Assembly (NCBI RefSeq): GCF_006345805.1
Contig: NC_042998.1
Coordinates: 176,142,001 to 176,206,000, forward strand
Source: Octopus sinensis
Lineage: Eukaryota
DNA: 64,000 nucleotides
Direction: 5' to 3'
Made by a program: the position numbers and the translations under genes. Of this stretch, positions 27,379 through 40,374 are shown in pieces (positions within the stretch are counted from its first letter, which is position 1; each line of letters starts with the position of its first letter). The notes beneath the pieces are model-generated. The model had not been told where the DNA came from, did no database searches, and saw only the letters and a program-made list of their open reading frames with translations.

Positions 27379-27658
27379 TATATACAAACACACACAAACG
27401 CGCACACGCGCAGACGCATACACACATATACATATATATGTGTGTATAAAAGAAAATTCAAAAGAATACAGAAAATTATACATCTACACAGTTTTTTTTA
27501 ATAGTTATTATAGTCATTTATACAGTATATTTCATTTAAACCGCTATCCGACATATGTTTTTGATTTCTTTATTGCCCACAGAGGGGCTAAAAATATGTC
27601 CGACATATGTTTCTGCTGCGTGGATATCTTGCCATGGGGTTTTCATTTGCATCCTGTT

Positions 27659-27803
27659 TATTCATCTGCATCCAGATTTCATACTGGTTAAAAACGCATC
27701 CATGCAGTTTTAGTCAAAGTCTGAACTTAAATAGTGGCAACACTTTGAAAAAAGTTGTATGGATTCGTTTTCAGCAGGAATGAAATCTGGATGCAGATGT
27801 ATA
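27659..27803. mobile_element. Small MITE (~145 bp)
   Basis: CATCTGCATCCAGATTTCAT at 27663 pairs with ATGAAATCTGGATGCAGATG ending at 27799. TA dinucleotides flank it. Confidence 0.7.
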
Positions 27804-28030
27804 ATTCTCCTCATTTCTTTGAATTGTCTTCGATGTACACTCAGTAAACTTTATAATCCAACGAAGCGAACTCGGGATTTACACATCGGGGGGAAATACT
27901 TCGAGACAGTCTACCCTAAATAGTCCAAGTTTATTACATGTCATTCGCTGCAGTTAACCAGAACTTGAATTATACTGAAGTGCTTGAGCTGTAACTGCCT
28001 GGATCTATTATCCTTCTCTATTTAATAGCT

Positions 28031-28091
<61 letters not shown>

Positions 28092-28118
28092 GGATAGAAG
28101 ATAGATAGATAGATACAT

Positions 28119-28152
<34 letters not shown>

Positions 28153-29284
28153 GTATGTGTTTGTGTGTTTATTTTCCCCCACCATCACTTGGTAACCGAT
28201 GTTGGTGTGTTTACGTCTGTATGTATGCGGATATGTATATGATGGCATCGCACATCCGGTTATTCAAATTTTAACTGTCATCCACTCACCCGTAACTAAA
28301 GCTCTTCCTTCGGCATTGAGGGATGTTATACACAAACATACACACACGCGCGCGCACGCTCATTATGCATGCATACATATATACATATACGTGTGTGTCT
28401 CTGTGGATGTGTGTGTGTGTGTGTGTGCATGTGCGTGCGTACGTGTTTGTGTAGAGCGTGGGAATGCAAAATCAAAGCAGGATAGTGAGCCAAGACAACT
28501 TCGTGATATTTGGTTATGCCCCTTTATGTTCTTGGTTGAACTAATGAAAAGGAAACAAAACCCATCGAAACTGCTGGTGGTTTGCAACAACCTGGTTGTT
28601 CTTGGCATTCGCTGCCACGAGATCGATAAAATTTTACCGAGGAAGTGCTGTGGTCGATACAATCGACTAACACATTTAAAAGTGGTGTCTGGAGTATGGC
28701 ATCAAGGCAATAAATAAAACCAGTAAAAGAATAAAAGAACATACAATGCTCTTGCGTGTAATATCTTTTTTTCGTTTTTTTATTATTTTTTTTTTCTCTT
28801 TCATTTGGAAAATATTCTTGTCTAGTGTCAGCATATTTAATATACTGGTTAAGAGATTATCGATAAAACCATGTTATTGTGAAAATAGAACATGAAACAA
28901 TGCGAAATTATAAAGCAAAACCAAAGGAAAAAGCAAAAAAGCAAAAAAAAAAAAAAAAAAAAAACAATTGCGTGAGAAATTTTTGCATTTAAGAAACCAA
29001 ATATATTATATTTGAATCCTATTTTGAGAATTATATAATTATTTTAAATAACAGCATTCAAATTCCATACTTGTACATGGTTGTTAAAAGATGTTATAGA
29101 TTATAAGAAGATGCGAGTTTCAGATAACGCTGTATTTTTAGAGAGATATTTGGGTATTTATTAAAGATAGGTATTATCGTTATTCACCAATTTAGTCGTT
29201 TCTTTTCCTTGTGTGCTATTAGCATCAAAGTTATTTTTTGTACGTCTACCGATTGTGTGAAAACATTGATTTTTTTTTTCACTT

Positions 29285-29680
29285 TTATTCTTTTACTTGC
29301 TTCAGTTATAGAACTGCGGCCATCCTGGGGCATCTTTTGAAGAGTTTAGTCAATCAAATTAACCCTAGTACTTATTTTTTTTCAAAAACATTTCTAGTAC
29401 TTATTCTATTCGTGTCTTTGGTGAAACCGCTAAATTACAAAAATGTAAACAAAGTAACATCGCTTGTCGAGCGGTGGGTTCACAGAGATCCGTTCACACA
29501 CATACAAACATGTGGTCGACAGGCTTCCTCCCAGTTTCCGTTTACCAAATTCACTCACAAGACAATGGTCTGTCCGGGATTTAGTTGAAGACATTTTGCC
29601 CAAGGTGTCATGTAATGGGGCTGAACTTGAAACCACGTTGTTTCAAAGCGAGCTTTATAACCACAAAGCCATGCCTGCAC
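29285..29680 (-). mobile_element. SINE family B (diverged, full length)
   Basis: CTTTTATTCTTTTACTTG..GCGGCCATCCTGG..CCAAATTCACTCACAAG..GCCCAAGGTGTC. Confidence 0.8.
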
Positions 29681-31151
29681 CTTGGTTGAAAAATATACTT
29701 CGCTATCAGGATTCTTCGGTTTTGAACCTAATGTTTGGCATCTCTAAGCACTATCTTCTACTACTGCCTTGATTAAAAAAAAATGTTGTTAGTGATAATG
29801 AGTAAATAGTGTATTGAAGCTCGTCCGGTGATTCAAAGGGACAACTTTGTAACTCACGGTTTTTGGTGATTACCCCTGAGAAATGCATTAAGAGTATAAG
29901 TGTCCATTAGATACTCAGCTATTGAATACCTACCCACTCGTAAATTGAGTAAATAGTTGTTTGTGGCTTGTGTCACTAGATTATGGTACCAGGCACAAAT
30001 AATGATTTTATACTGTGGAAATAAGGGATGGCTTTGAGGAAGTTAGAGTTGATTTTCGTCGGATGATCATGGGTATAAAAACTTGCAAAGGAAGAAGACC
30101 TTTACTCTCTTAGGGAAAGTAATTTATTCGGCTTAGCGACATACCCTATCAGGGATATTCATTTTAGCAATTCCGGGAGAAATGCTACCTCGACCCCAAC
30201 CGGATATGAACACGCAATATATATAAAGGGGACATTACATATGGGATGGCATTGTGACCATCAGTTTTGTAATTCTCCTACATCAACGGCCTAATAATAA
30301 TGATAAAGGTTTCTAACGTAGATACAATAACAATAGTAATAATAATCAAATGAAATAATATGTGTATCAAAACTTTAATGGCCAAATCGAATGTGCATTA
30401 GCAGTTTATAAGTAATATAGTCTGGAAGTAATGGATTCTTATTTTATGAGAAAATATATAAATTCCCATTTAAATGAATGCAAATATTTTTGCAAAGATA
30501 TCAAAAATAATAAAATATTTTACTGCAGTTAAGCATATAAAAAAATTTGCACATTTTTTTTATTTTATTGTTTTATTTTATCATTATTAGTTTTTTTTTT
30601 TTCGAGGCACTTTTGATTTTGGAAACAGACTAGTAGTTGCTGAGAAAAAGAGAATAGAATTAAAAAATGGTAGGGTGGGAAGGAGAAGTATTGTTAAGTA
30701 GAACAAAGCACTCAGTGTATGATGATGTTTTTCGCTGTATTCTTGAAAACGTAAACATCAACTCTAACATTGTTGAAAATTATTATTATAGCTGTGAAAT
30801 ATTTTTAAAAATTGCTATTTATTTATTGCATTGGAAAAAATATTACATGTCTATATATAGATACACACGTATTGCACAAAAACATAAAACTGCGCATACA
30901 CAATGAAAGACAGGCGTTAACAATACAGAACCACACACTCACACTAGAACGTACACAGAAACGAATAATGCTTACGAACGTGCATACAAAGAACTACACA
31001 AAGCACATGTCTAAGCATAGAAACGTCATACTCTGGGTAGCAACTGAAACACACTCGACTTCAAATAAATATTACACCAATCTGCCTAGCAGCAATTGAG
31101 TACGTTTTCGCTTAATTACAATTCACAGCATAGTAAAACCCAAAATACAAC

Positions 31152-31199
<48 letters not shown>

Positions 31200-31218
31200 T
31201 ATTATATATATATATATA

Positions 31219-31288
<70 letters not shown>

Positions 31289-31292
31289 CATG

Positions 31293-31339
<47 letters not shown>

Positions 31340-31559
31340 TATGCATTCATACATATATGTATATGTATAAACCAAATCAAATCAAATAAAAAGACAAAAA
31401 CAACAAAAAGTCCAAGTAATATTAACGTTCACAGTTAATATTAATATGTTGACGCTCATATATATATATATGTGTGTGTGCGTGTGTGTATGTGTGTGTA
31501 CGTCTGCGTACGCGCACGCATGCGCTTGTATGTATTTGTGTATGTATAAATTCATTATT

Positions 31560-32875
31560 TCAAGTTGCTTTCAGTGGAACTGGTAACGCACAATTCAGTC
31601 CAAGCTGTTACATAGTCGGCGCGTCAGCAGTTAAATCTGCTCTCTGAACTGGTTACTCAGGCTCGAAACAGAGCAGAACAAAAAGCAAGGTCTGCTAAAA
31701 CGGTGGATGAACCCAGTATAAGGTAAACGACTAAGAAATGTTCATGGAGACATAGAAACACTCGAGGTAATTAAAAAGAGCTCTATGAGAAATTTAAGAA
31801 CGCTTGATTCATTCTTCCTTGTCAGAACGCTTATCTTGGAGAAGGATACTCGAATAGAAAACCTGAGATTTATTCAGCCTCTACCAATCACAATCAATAT
31901 TGAACCATTGTACTTGTCACAATAAATATCGAGCCAAGAACTGTACAGAAGACAAATAGAAGAAATGAAGTTTAAAAAAACAACAAAAAACATAAAAAAA
32001 GTTAACAGGAAAACAGTAAATGAAACCCAAACCATATGTAGCTTCTTCATAAAAGGTGTCTACCGACACGGAGAAATGGGGGCAAAATACCTATTTCTTT
32101 ACTACCCACAAGGGGCTAAACACAGCGAGGACAAACAAGGACAGACAGACGGATTAAGTCGTTTATATCGACCCCAGTGCATAACTGGTACTTAATTTAT
32201 CGACCCCGAAAGGATGAAAGGCAAAGTCGACCTCGGCGGAATTTGAACTCAGAACGTAGAGGCAGACGAATACGGTTACGCATTTCGCCCGGCTGCTAAC
32301 GTTTCTGCCAACTTGCCGCTATGCTCATCCCAAGCTCAAACCGAGTAACACTCAACCTAGTAACTACTCCCCATTTAACAAACAAGGAGAAAAAATGCAC
32401 CGAAGGAGACCATAACCTACAGTTTTGTGGGTAGACACATCATAAAACATTTACAGACATCAAAAACGGTATGTAGATGCAGTGCAAACAGCAGCAGTCG
32501 AACAAAAGAAATTTTTAAGTATGGTACAAAAGGTTGAGCACCAGCTGTCATGGCTATAAGTGAAAGTATTCCAAAACCAAGCACACCTACACACAAAACT
32601 AACACTAATGATAAACCTAGGATTGTCCCAGTGGTTGCCAAACCAAACATCACGTCAGTTCCACTGTTGAATATCAGAAACCTGAGACGCCTGAATGGTA
32701 AAAGCAAAATCTTTTGGGAAGAAAGTGAATGCAGCCACAAGCATCTAGGACAAGTCATTTGAGTCAACCCAAGTTTTATGAGTGAAATTGGGTTGATAGA
32801 AAATGCTTCAAAATGTGTTGGATGGAGTTTACCTGTAACTGAAAGGTTCATCCTTGTTACATGTTGTGTTACATT
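31560..32875 (+). mobile_element. Decayed CR1/L2-like LINE: ORF1 with CCCH-like finger and start of the ORF2 endonuclease, interrupted by a SINE
   Basis: ICSFFIKGVYRHGEMGAKY [SINE 32092-32319] YAHPKL rejoins a CCCH-type motif. Downstream LLNIRNL..KSKIF..SEIGLIEN resembles the N-terminus of an AP endonuclease. Confidence 0.5.
32092..32319 (-). mobile_element. SINE family A inserted into the CR1-like ORF1
   Basis: High similarity to 20726-20947, reverse strand. Confidence 0.9.
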
Positions 32876-32890
32876 GGTTATTCACAACAA

Positions 32891-33741
32891 TTAATTTTTT
32901 TAACTAAACACTTTCGAACTTCGGATACTGGAAAAATGTGTTTTATAGAACATCTTTTACTCTTAGAGTTGTTGAGAAAAGTTTCTATTTACAAAGTTAT
33001 TTCGTGCTAAAGTTGTCGCATTTCGGTAATTTCAACCAATCAATGACGTGTATTCAGCTGAATATAATTACTGCTGTTGTTTGTCAACAACAACTTCTGA
33101 TGGTGTATATTTCATTGGTCACTGTTATTTATGACATATTTCATCTCAGTTACGTTCGTATGAATAAACTAAGGTATCTGAAACACGTTTACTTCATGAC
33201 ACCACCATAATCGTTCGTGCATTTCTACTGCTTTTAGGTTTTTTTCCTGTTTTTCAGCTACTATTTTCGGAAAGACTTACTCCCGTCCCCTCCCATTTTC
33301 TCGCAAATTATTGTTCAAAGAAAAAAAAATTTTTGCCCAAAACCCAACTTTTCGGATACGGAGATTCCGGAAAATTGCCAAAAATCGGAATTCTGAATTT
33401 TTTGGATCTCACTCCAATTTCTTCATTTTTCACTTTTTTTCGTAACCCTAACCCTAAAACCCTTAAGCTAAAACCAGTACAAACACACGAACGATGTCAT
33501 AAATAACAGGGACAAACGAAATATACACCGGCGATAGTTGTTGTTGACAAACAACGGCAGTAATTTTATTCAGCTGAATACGCGTTATTGATTGGTTGAA
33601 ATTACCTAAATACGACAAATTTAACGCAAAATAACTTCGTAAATGGAAACTATTCTCAACAACACTAAGAGTAAAAGATGTTCTATATGACAGAGTCTAC
33701 CAGTATCCGAAGTTTGAAAGTGTTTAGTAAAAAAAAATTAA
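32891..33741. mobile_element. MITE-like element with long terminal inverted repeats
   Basis: TTAATTTTTTTAACTAAACACTTTCGAACTTCGGATACTGG at left pairs with CCAGTATCCGAAGTTTGAAAGTGTTTAGTAAAAAAAAATTAA at right. Complementarity continues for ~250 bp. No coding capacity. Confidence 0.85.
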
Positions 33742-33857
33742 TTTATCGACCTGCCGATCAGAAGGAAAAGATCCCAATTACATTAAAGGTTAACGTGTCT
33801 GTCCACTTCACATATTAATTCAGGGAGTCAGAATACTCATCATCGTAATCCATACAC

Positions 33858-33914
<57 letters not shown>

Positions 33915-33915
<1 letters not shown>

Positions 33916-34142
33916 AATGTGATACACGATCCCTATTGATCGATTTTTTCTTTTTTTCTTTTTTTCTTTTTTCCTTCCCTTTTCTTTTTTTCCTTTTTCT
34001 TTCTTTCCTCTTTCACTTTCCTTTTTCTGTCCTTTTTACGATCCCTTTTGATCGAAGACCTACCCACTCTTTTTTTTCTCCCCCAAAAGAAATTGTAATT
34101 TGTCCAGTCTGTCTGCAGCCCTTTGTGGCTAATAAAAAGACA
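33915..34142 (+). mobile_element. L1/Tx1-like LINE 3' UTR fragment (same family)
   Basis: GTGATACACGATCCCTATTGATC...GATCCCTTTTGATCGAA...GTGGCTAATAAAAAGAC. Preceded by (ATCT)n and followed by ATCTATCT. Confidence 0.7.
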
Positions 34143-37048
34143 TATCTATCTATGTGTCTGTCTGTCTCTTCCCTTCTCTCTGTCTTTCTCTCACTGTGTG
34201 TATGTATGCGTGTGTGTGTGTGCGTAATAGTAGTAACTGGATTGTGGAAGAATAATTTTAGCATCATATAATCATAAAACAATGTTAAATTCAGTTTTTA
34301 TTTATTTTCTTGATGTATTAAGGTTTTCGTTATTCTGTTGTGAGCCGGTCTCTGTCACACAGTTTCACTGCAACTGTTTGAAAGTCACTTAATTGCCTGC
34401 GCGTATTGACCTCCGATTCTTTCTTGTCGAATTTACACTTATATGATGTACTCGTTTTGAGTGACATTGACACCTTGACATTGCTCATTTCCATTGTCCC
34501 ATTCCTTTGTCACATCCAGCTCCTGTTCTTTTGTCCTCTTACAACTTTATATATACCATTGTCATCATTCCACCTTATGCTGCCTTTCCAATTTCTTATC
34601 TTCATTGAATTTATTGGATTTATGCTTATCACGTTTGCTAGGTATAAACATAAGGTATACTTCTCTTCTTGATAGTACATCTCTAAAGAAATTAAGTTCC
34701 TGCTATGTAGATAAAATTTTATTTTCTTAAGAATGAAGGCATAACCCCGGCCTAGAAATACTGTCGACAAACGTGTCTGTCTGTTTAGACCGGTATATAC
34801 ATACATATGTACACACGCGTGTGCACACACTCACACACACACACATAGGCATACACACACACACATAGTCACTCACACGCACACACACACATACACACAC
34901 ACACACACACACACAAAGTTACATATTTGGATCAAAATGATATTATAAAATAACCAAACTCTGGAGAAATATCTTCAAAATATAAGATAATATCCCTCTG
35001 TCGTGTATTTCAATACACGTAGATTTAGAAACAAATAAAAGTTTCTAATTTCGTATGGCTCAGTCAGAGGACGAAGAACACTGTCTATTATTCTTTCCAG
35101 CGTCCAAAACTGTTGAGAGAGAGTGAAGAAGTTATTGCCTAAACACTAGTTACAAAATGGAATTCCACTAAATGTGCCTAAGTGTCACGTGGTGGTGTTA
35201 CACCGGACGACAGATCAAGTTTACTTTCTCAAATCATGATCCGTCCTTCTTATTTGTTTCCCTAATTTTTTCCGTCAAACAAATTTACTCATTATAATTT
35301 GATCAGTCCGTGGCTATGTAAAAATCCGTTGCCCAAGTTGTTGTGCAGCGGTATCGAACTCAAAACTTCATTGTTGCGAAGCGAACTTCTTAACTGTGCA
35401 ACTATGTCAACGTCCGTAAATGCTTTTCTGTCAGCACTTTTCTTTACAACAGAAACGAAGACAGGAACCAAGGTTCAAACAAAGTGAAATAATGTATTAC
35501 GTTTTAAGTCTGATTGGGGTCCCCTTGAACTTAAAACGTCGATAAAATAGAAATGAGAAACCAAGCCTTGCGTCACGATTTAAATAAAATATATCATGTC
35601 ATACATACAACCATAATGGACACCGTGTATTTCATCGTTCTAGTATTGGAATCTGGTTCGATTCAAAAATCAATGTCTACTCACGTTTGATCACGAAACT
35701 TGTATCTGCTATAATTTAAATTATTTAACACTTTACGGAGTACAATATTCAGTGCAAATCATGATAAATTCTCTTTCCAGCTATACGTTAATTTAAAACC
35801 ACTTCCGAACAAATAAAATGTTCTAGAAATTGTTTCTCTTGCTTCCTTGAATTTGTCATTGATTGAAATCTGCTGCGCTAAAAAGGTAAGTTAGTGATTT
35901 CAGTAAATTACCTCATTGTGAAATTCTCTTCATATACTTATGTATTAATGTATTGCTTGATGTACTAACTATCAATATTTCAAGTACATTGATATATATA
36001 TATATATATAATATATATATATATATTGTGTATATATATAATATATAATACACATATATACATAAAATCATATTTATACGCATAAACATATACATATACG
36101 TATATGCACACACACACACACACATAGATATATACACGCATACTCATACACGTGTATGGCTGAGTGTTTCTATAGTGCAAGATTTTACATTAAACATTAC
36201 ACACTGTAAAATGTCTGTTCGCTGTGCTTCAACGAAACTTCAAACTCCAACCTTTTGAGCTTCATATCAAGTAGATTAATATCTCCCCCCTCCTTCCATC
36301 CTCCGCAAATAGATAATAGTAACGTGTTCTTTCTCTTGGGAAACAATGAAACAAAAAACACAATAACATGAAAATTCCACCTTATTTAACAAAGTAATGA
36401 GTAAATTAAATGAGTCAGAAAGTGTTACTAAATATCCAATGAAAATATGGAATCTAGTTTAGAAGTTTATATACTAAATTTTTAAACACACTAATTATTT
36501 GGTGGAGTTCCAAAATTTTAATTTTTGACGCTATTAATTATTTACTGAAATTGAGAAATCGTCATGCTTCTTGCGTATTTCATTTCACTACATAATGGAA
36601 GTGAGGAACTATCTCATATTAAAATTTTAAAGTGCATTCTTGCTATTCAATTCTTTAGTTTCCACGGATATTAACTGAGAGAAATGATGTAAAATCTTTT
36701 GAAACGTTGATGTACCCTCTTAATTGAATTCTGAGATAACTTGTACTTTTAACATTGTAATTCAGTAAGTCTACTCTATGAAGAATACTTTTCGATTTTC
36801 GTCAACATTTAATAATCTGCATCTGTAAAGTCTATGTATGAAACAAGTCTGTTGCATTAGTGACGTGTTCTTGACAGTCTGGTAATCTCATCCTTTATAT
36901 ATAATAAATATTCGAATATTGATTTTTTTTTTCTTTCCAAACATAGGTTTATTTTTGTATAGACGAAGATTTTTCAACGAAAAGTATACGATCTTAGCTG
37001 AATAGCCCTACAACAGCACTGTAACAAGTAATATTACTGAAGCAATTA

Positions 37049-37245
37049 AGGCGTCGATCTGACAGAATCGTTAGCACGCCGGATCTCGCCCGTCCTTACG
37101 TTCTAAGTTCAAATACCGCCGAGATCAACTTTGCCTTTCATCCTTTCGGATCGATAAAATAAGTACCAGTTGAGTACTAGGGTCGACGTAATTGACTTAG
37201 CCACTCCCCGAAATTACTGGCTGTGTGCCAAAATAAGAAATCAAT
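37049..37245 (+). mobile_element. SINE family A (diverged)
   Basis: CAGAATCGTTAGCACGCCGG...GCCTTTCATCCTTTCGGATCGATAAAATAAGTACCAG. Confidence 0.8.
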
Positions 37246-37522
37246 GTAACCGAAGCAACTGCCATAAAGTTTAAGTCTTCGGCAAGTCCACTTCGTAGTT
37301 CGGTTTCAGTTTAAACCATTTATTTTCATTATAGTGTGAATGTAATACAGGAAGGTATGAATGTCACATAATCACGTGAATTTCACTCAGCAAAACTTAA
37401 GAGCGTATGTAATTAACATCACAATATATTCTTCTAAACTGTCATATACTTCAAAAAGTTATCAACAATTTAACAAATGTTTTGTTATTTCTTTTATTAA
37501 ACATTTTATATGACAGATGCAG

Positions 37523-37920
37523 ACACGGCTGCGTGGTTAACAAGCTCGCTTTACTACAACATATTTTTGGATTCAGTTGCATTAGATGGAACCTTAGGTA
37601 CGTGTCTTCTACTATAACCCCTGGCCGACAAATGCCTTGTGGGTGAATTTGGTTGACGGAAGCTGTGTGGAAGCCCACGGCATACACACATGCGCACACA
37701 CACATCATATGTGTATGTGTGTGTGTTTGTCTCTCTCACCGTTTGACAATCAGTGTTGGTTTGGTTACATCTACGTAACTTAGCGGTTCGGCAAGTGAGA
37801 TCGATAGAATAAGTACCAGACTGTAAAAAAATAAGCACTGGGTCCGATCTGTTTGACTAAAAGCCTTCAATGTGCCCCAGCATGACGCGGTCCTATGACT
37901 GAAACAAGTATAAGATAAAA
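37523..37920 (+). mobile_element. SINE family B (diverged, full length)
   Basis: GGCTGCGTGGTTAACAAGCTCGC..CTTCTACTATA..GTAACTTAGCGGTTCGGCAA..GAAACAAGTATAAGATAAAAG. Confidence 0.8.
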
Positions 37921-38889
37921 GATAATATATTTTATGTGAGTCATCGATATTTGAATATCTTGCTCAACAGCGGCGTACGCACAACGCTGAATTTGTAAAG
38001 TGATTTTTTTTTTAAATAAAAGAGCGAAAAAGCAGGCACAAAAATTACAGAGAATAATGAAACAGAATAGAAGTGAAAGAAAAAATGAAAAATCAAAAAA
38101 TAAAGAAAGAAAGAAAAAGTCAAGATAAGAGAAAGGGGTGAAAATATATGGGAAAGTCTTTGACACTTTCGGTGCCATTATGCAGTCGTATATGGAGGAT
38201 ATGTATTAAAAGTGACCTATGTAAGAGCCATTTTGGCTTCATTGTGAGATGCAGAACGTTCGAAATCTAGCGAACTTTGATTACGCCAGAATCCCCAAGG
38301 GATAGTAAAGAAATGGCTATTCGAGGAAGTATTTTCAATTTCTGAGTCATCATTATGGTCATCATCATTACAGTCATTAACAACAGCAACAACAACCTAA
38401 CACAGCATGACCTAGTTAGCAAATACTTTAGAGTACAACTTTCTTTATGTCCAACTGGCATATCTTGATATTGGACATTCCTTATTAATGAACTGTTGGG
38501 ATGAATATATTTAGGGAAAATAAATCATCAAGAACTGCGTGAAAGTTGATTCCCTATTTCTTCGGGAACGAAGATGATCTGAAACTTTATGAGCCATCTA
38601 ATTTATAGTTGATTAATTTGTACCGTTGTCGGCGTTGGTGAACCTTCAACACATGCGAAATAGATAAATCTCCGCTGTCCCAGTTGACAGATTTCTTAGC
38701 TCGCCGTCAGTTGCTGATCAAGCGAAGGAAGGGTTGGGTAATTTTTAGAATGTTATTCTCGCTAGAATAATAATTTATACTTATTAGTAAGATGTTCTGC
38801 GTGTTCTAATTGAGTCTAGGAATATTCAGAAGCGAGTTAGAGGGTTGTAGAGAAAGTAATTATTATGAAGTAAATATTGATTTCAATTT

Positions 38890-39090
38890 TTGGCACATGG
38901 CTAGAAATTTCAGGAAAGGAGTTAGTCGATTGCACCGAACCCAATAATCAACTGGTACTCATTTTATCGACTTCGAAAGGATGAAAGCCAAAGTCGATCT
39001 CGGCGGAATTTGAACTCAGAACCTAAAGATGGACGAAATGCTGTAAAGCATTTTGCCCAGAGTGCTAACTGTTCTACCAACTCACCGCCT
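38890..39090 (-). mobile_element. SINE family A (diverged)
   Basis: CTGGTACTCATTTTATCGACTTCGAAAGGATGAAAGCC...GAATTTGAACTCAGAAC. Confidence 0.8.
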
Positions 39091-39991
39091 TGTATTAAGT
39101 AAATATTAAAGACATGGAGGAGATGGGCTATAGACTAATATCTTGCTGTTGCTAGATATATTCCATTACGCTCTGAGTTTAAATTCCATCGATGTCAAGT
39201 TTTTCTTTTATTATCATTCTGGGTTTTAATAAAATATGAACCGGTCAAGTATAGGAACTCCTCCGTCGATCATGCCAGCAATGTTTATCGTTGGAAAAGG
39301 CCGCAGACTTGGACATTAATGTCGCCGCAAGCGCAGCTTTCAGGATCGCAAAGAGCCGGACAGATGCCACGTGGCGTCTATCCTGTCCCTTGCCCCTCTA
39401 ACAGTTCTGTCAATCCACCTTCTAGGATTGAGGCTTTTTTTTTATCGCCTCCAGAAATTTGAAAGATGTAGTTGGTCTCAGCTGAATTTGAAATCAGGGC
39501 CCAGAGTCAAATCGAGACGAATACCACAAGGTATTTTGTCTCGCACTTAAACAATTCTGCTAATTTGCTCCCTTAAATGCTGGTATAGGAAACCCTTATT
39601 AGAACAGAAGAGGTAACAGGACGGTCGAATTGTCGGATTTGAGGTATTTCGTTCTGATCCTGTACGTTATGAGTTTAAATCCCACTGGTGTCGTTTTGTG
39701 TTTCTCTATGGCCTATATAAGTCCCTTGCATATACTAGGGTCAGTCTGTTTATTCTCTTCCTCAGCATATGTAGTTTTGTGTTTATCGTATACAAACAGG
39801 AAAACAAGTAGACAAAAGAAAAGATATATTTAACAACGCACAACAGGTTTGACAGTATACAGTCTTCGAAGCAGATCTTCATGTCGATATTGCTTTACTG
39901 AAGACATGAGTAGTAGTAATACTAGGGATCGTCTTAAGTAATTCACCACCTATTTGCCAGTGTATCGGTCTGTAATTTCCTTTGTATAATA

Positions 39992-40374
39992 GGAGCACTC
40001 CGTCGGTTACGACAATGAGGGTCCCAGCTGATACGATCAACGGAACAGCCTGCTCGTGGAATTAACGTGTAAGTGGCTGAGCACTCCGCAGACACGTGTA
40101 CCCTTAACGTAGTTCTCGGGGATATTCAGCGTGACACAGAGAGTGACAAGGACGGCCCCTTGAAATACAGGTACAACAGAAACAGGAAGTAAGAGTGAGA
40201 AAAAGTTGTGGTGAAAGAGTACAGCAGGGATCACCACCATCCCCTGCTGGAGCCTCGTGGAGCTTTTAGGTGTTTTCGCTCAATAAACACTCACAACGCC
40301 CGGTCTGGGAATCGAAACCGCGATCTTATGACCGCGAGTCCGCTGCCCTAACCACTGGGCCATTGCGCCTCCAC
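39992..40374 (-). mobile_element. tRNA-derived SINE family C
   Basis: Minus-strand head GTGGAGGCGCAATGGCCCAGTGGTTAGGGCAGCGGACTCGCGGTC..GGTTTCGATTCCC. Body ends at the GGAGCACTCCGTCGGTTACGAC motif. Confidence 0.85.

Noticed and set aside
28455-28512. Candidate plus-strand exon ERGNAKSKQDSEPRQLRDI
   Set aside because: Poor acceptor context and non-consensus donor (GTTATG).
34380-34700. Protein-like minus-strand frame (QELNFFRDVLSRREVYLMFIPSK...)
   Set aside because: Several in-frame stops, weak donor, no recognisable domain.
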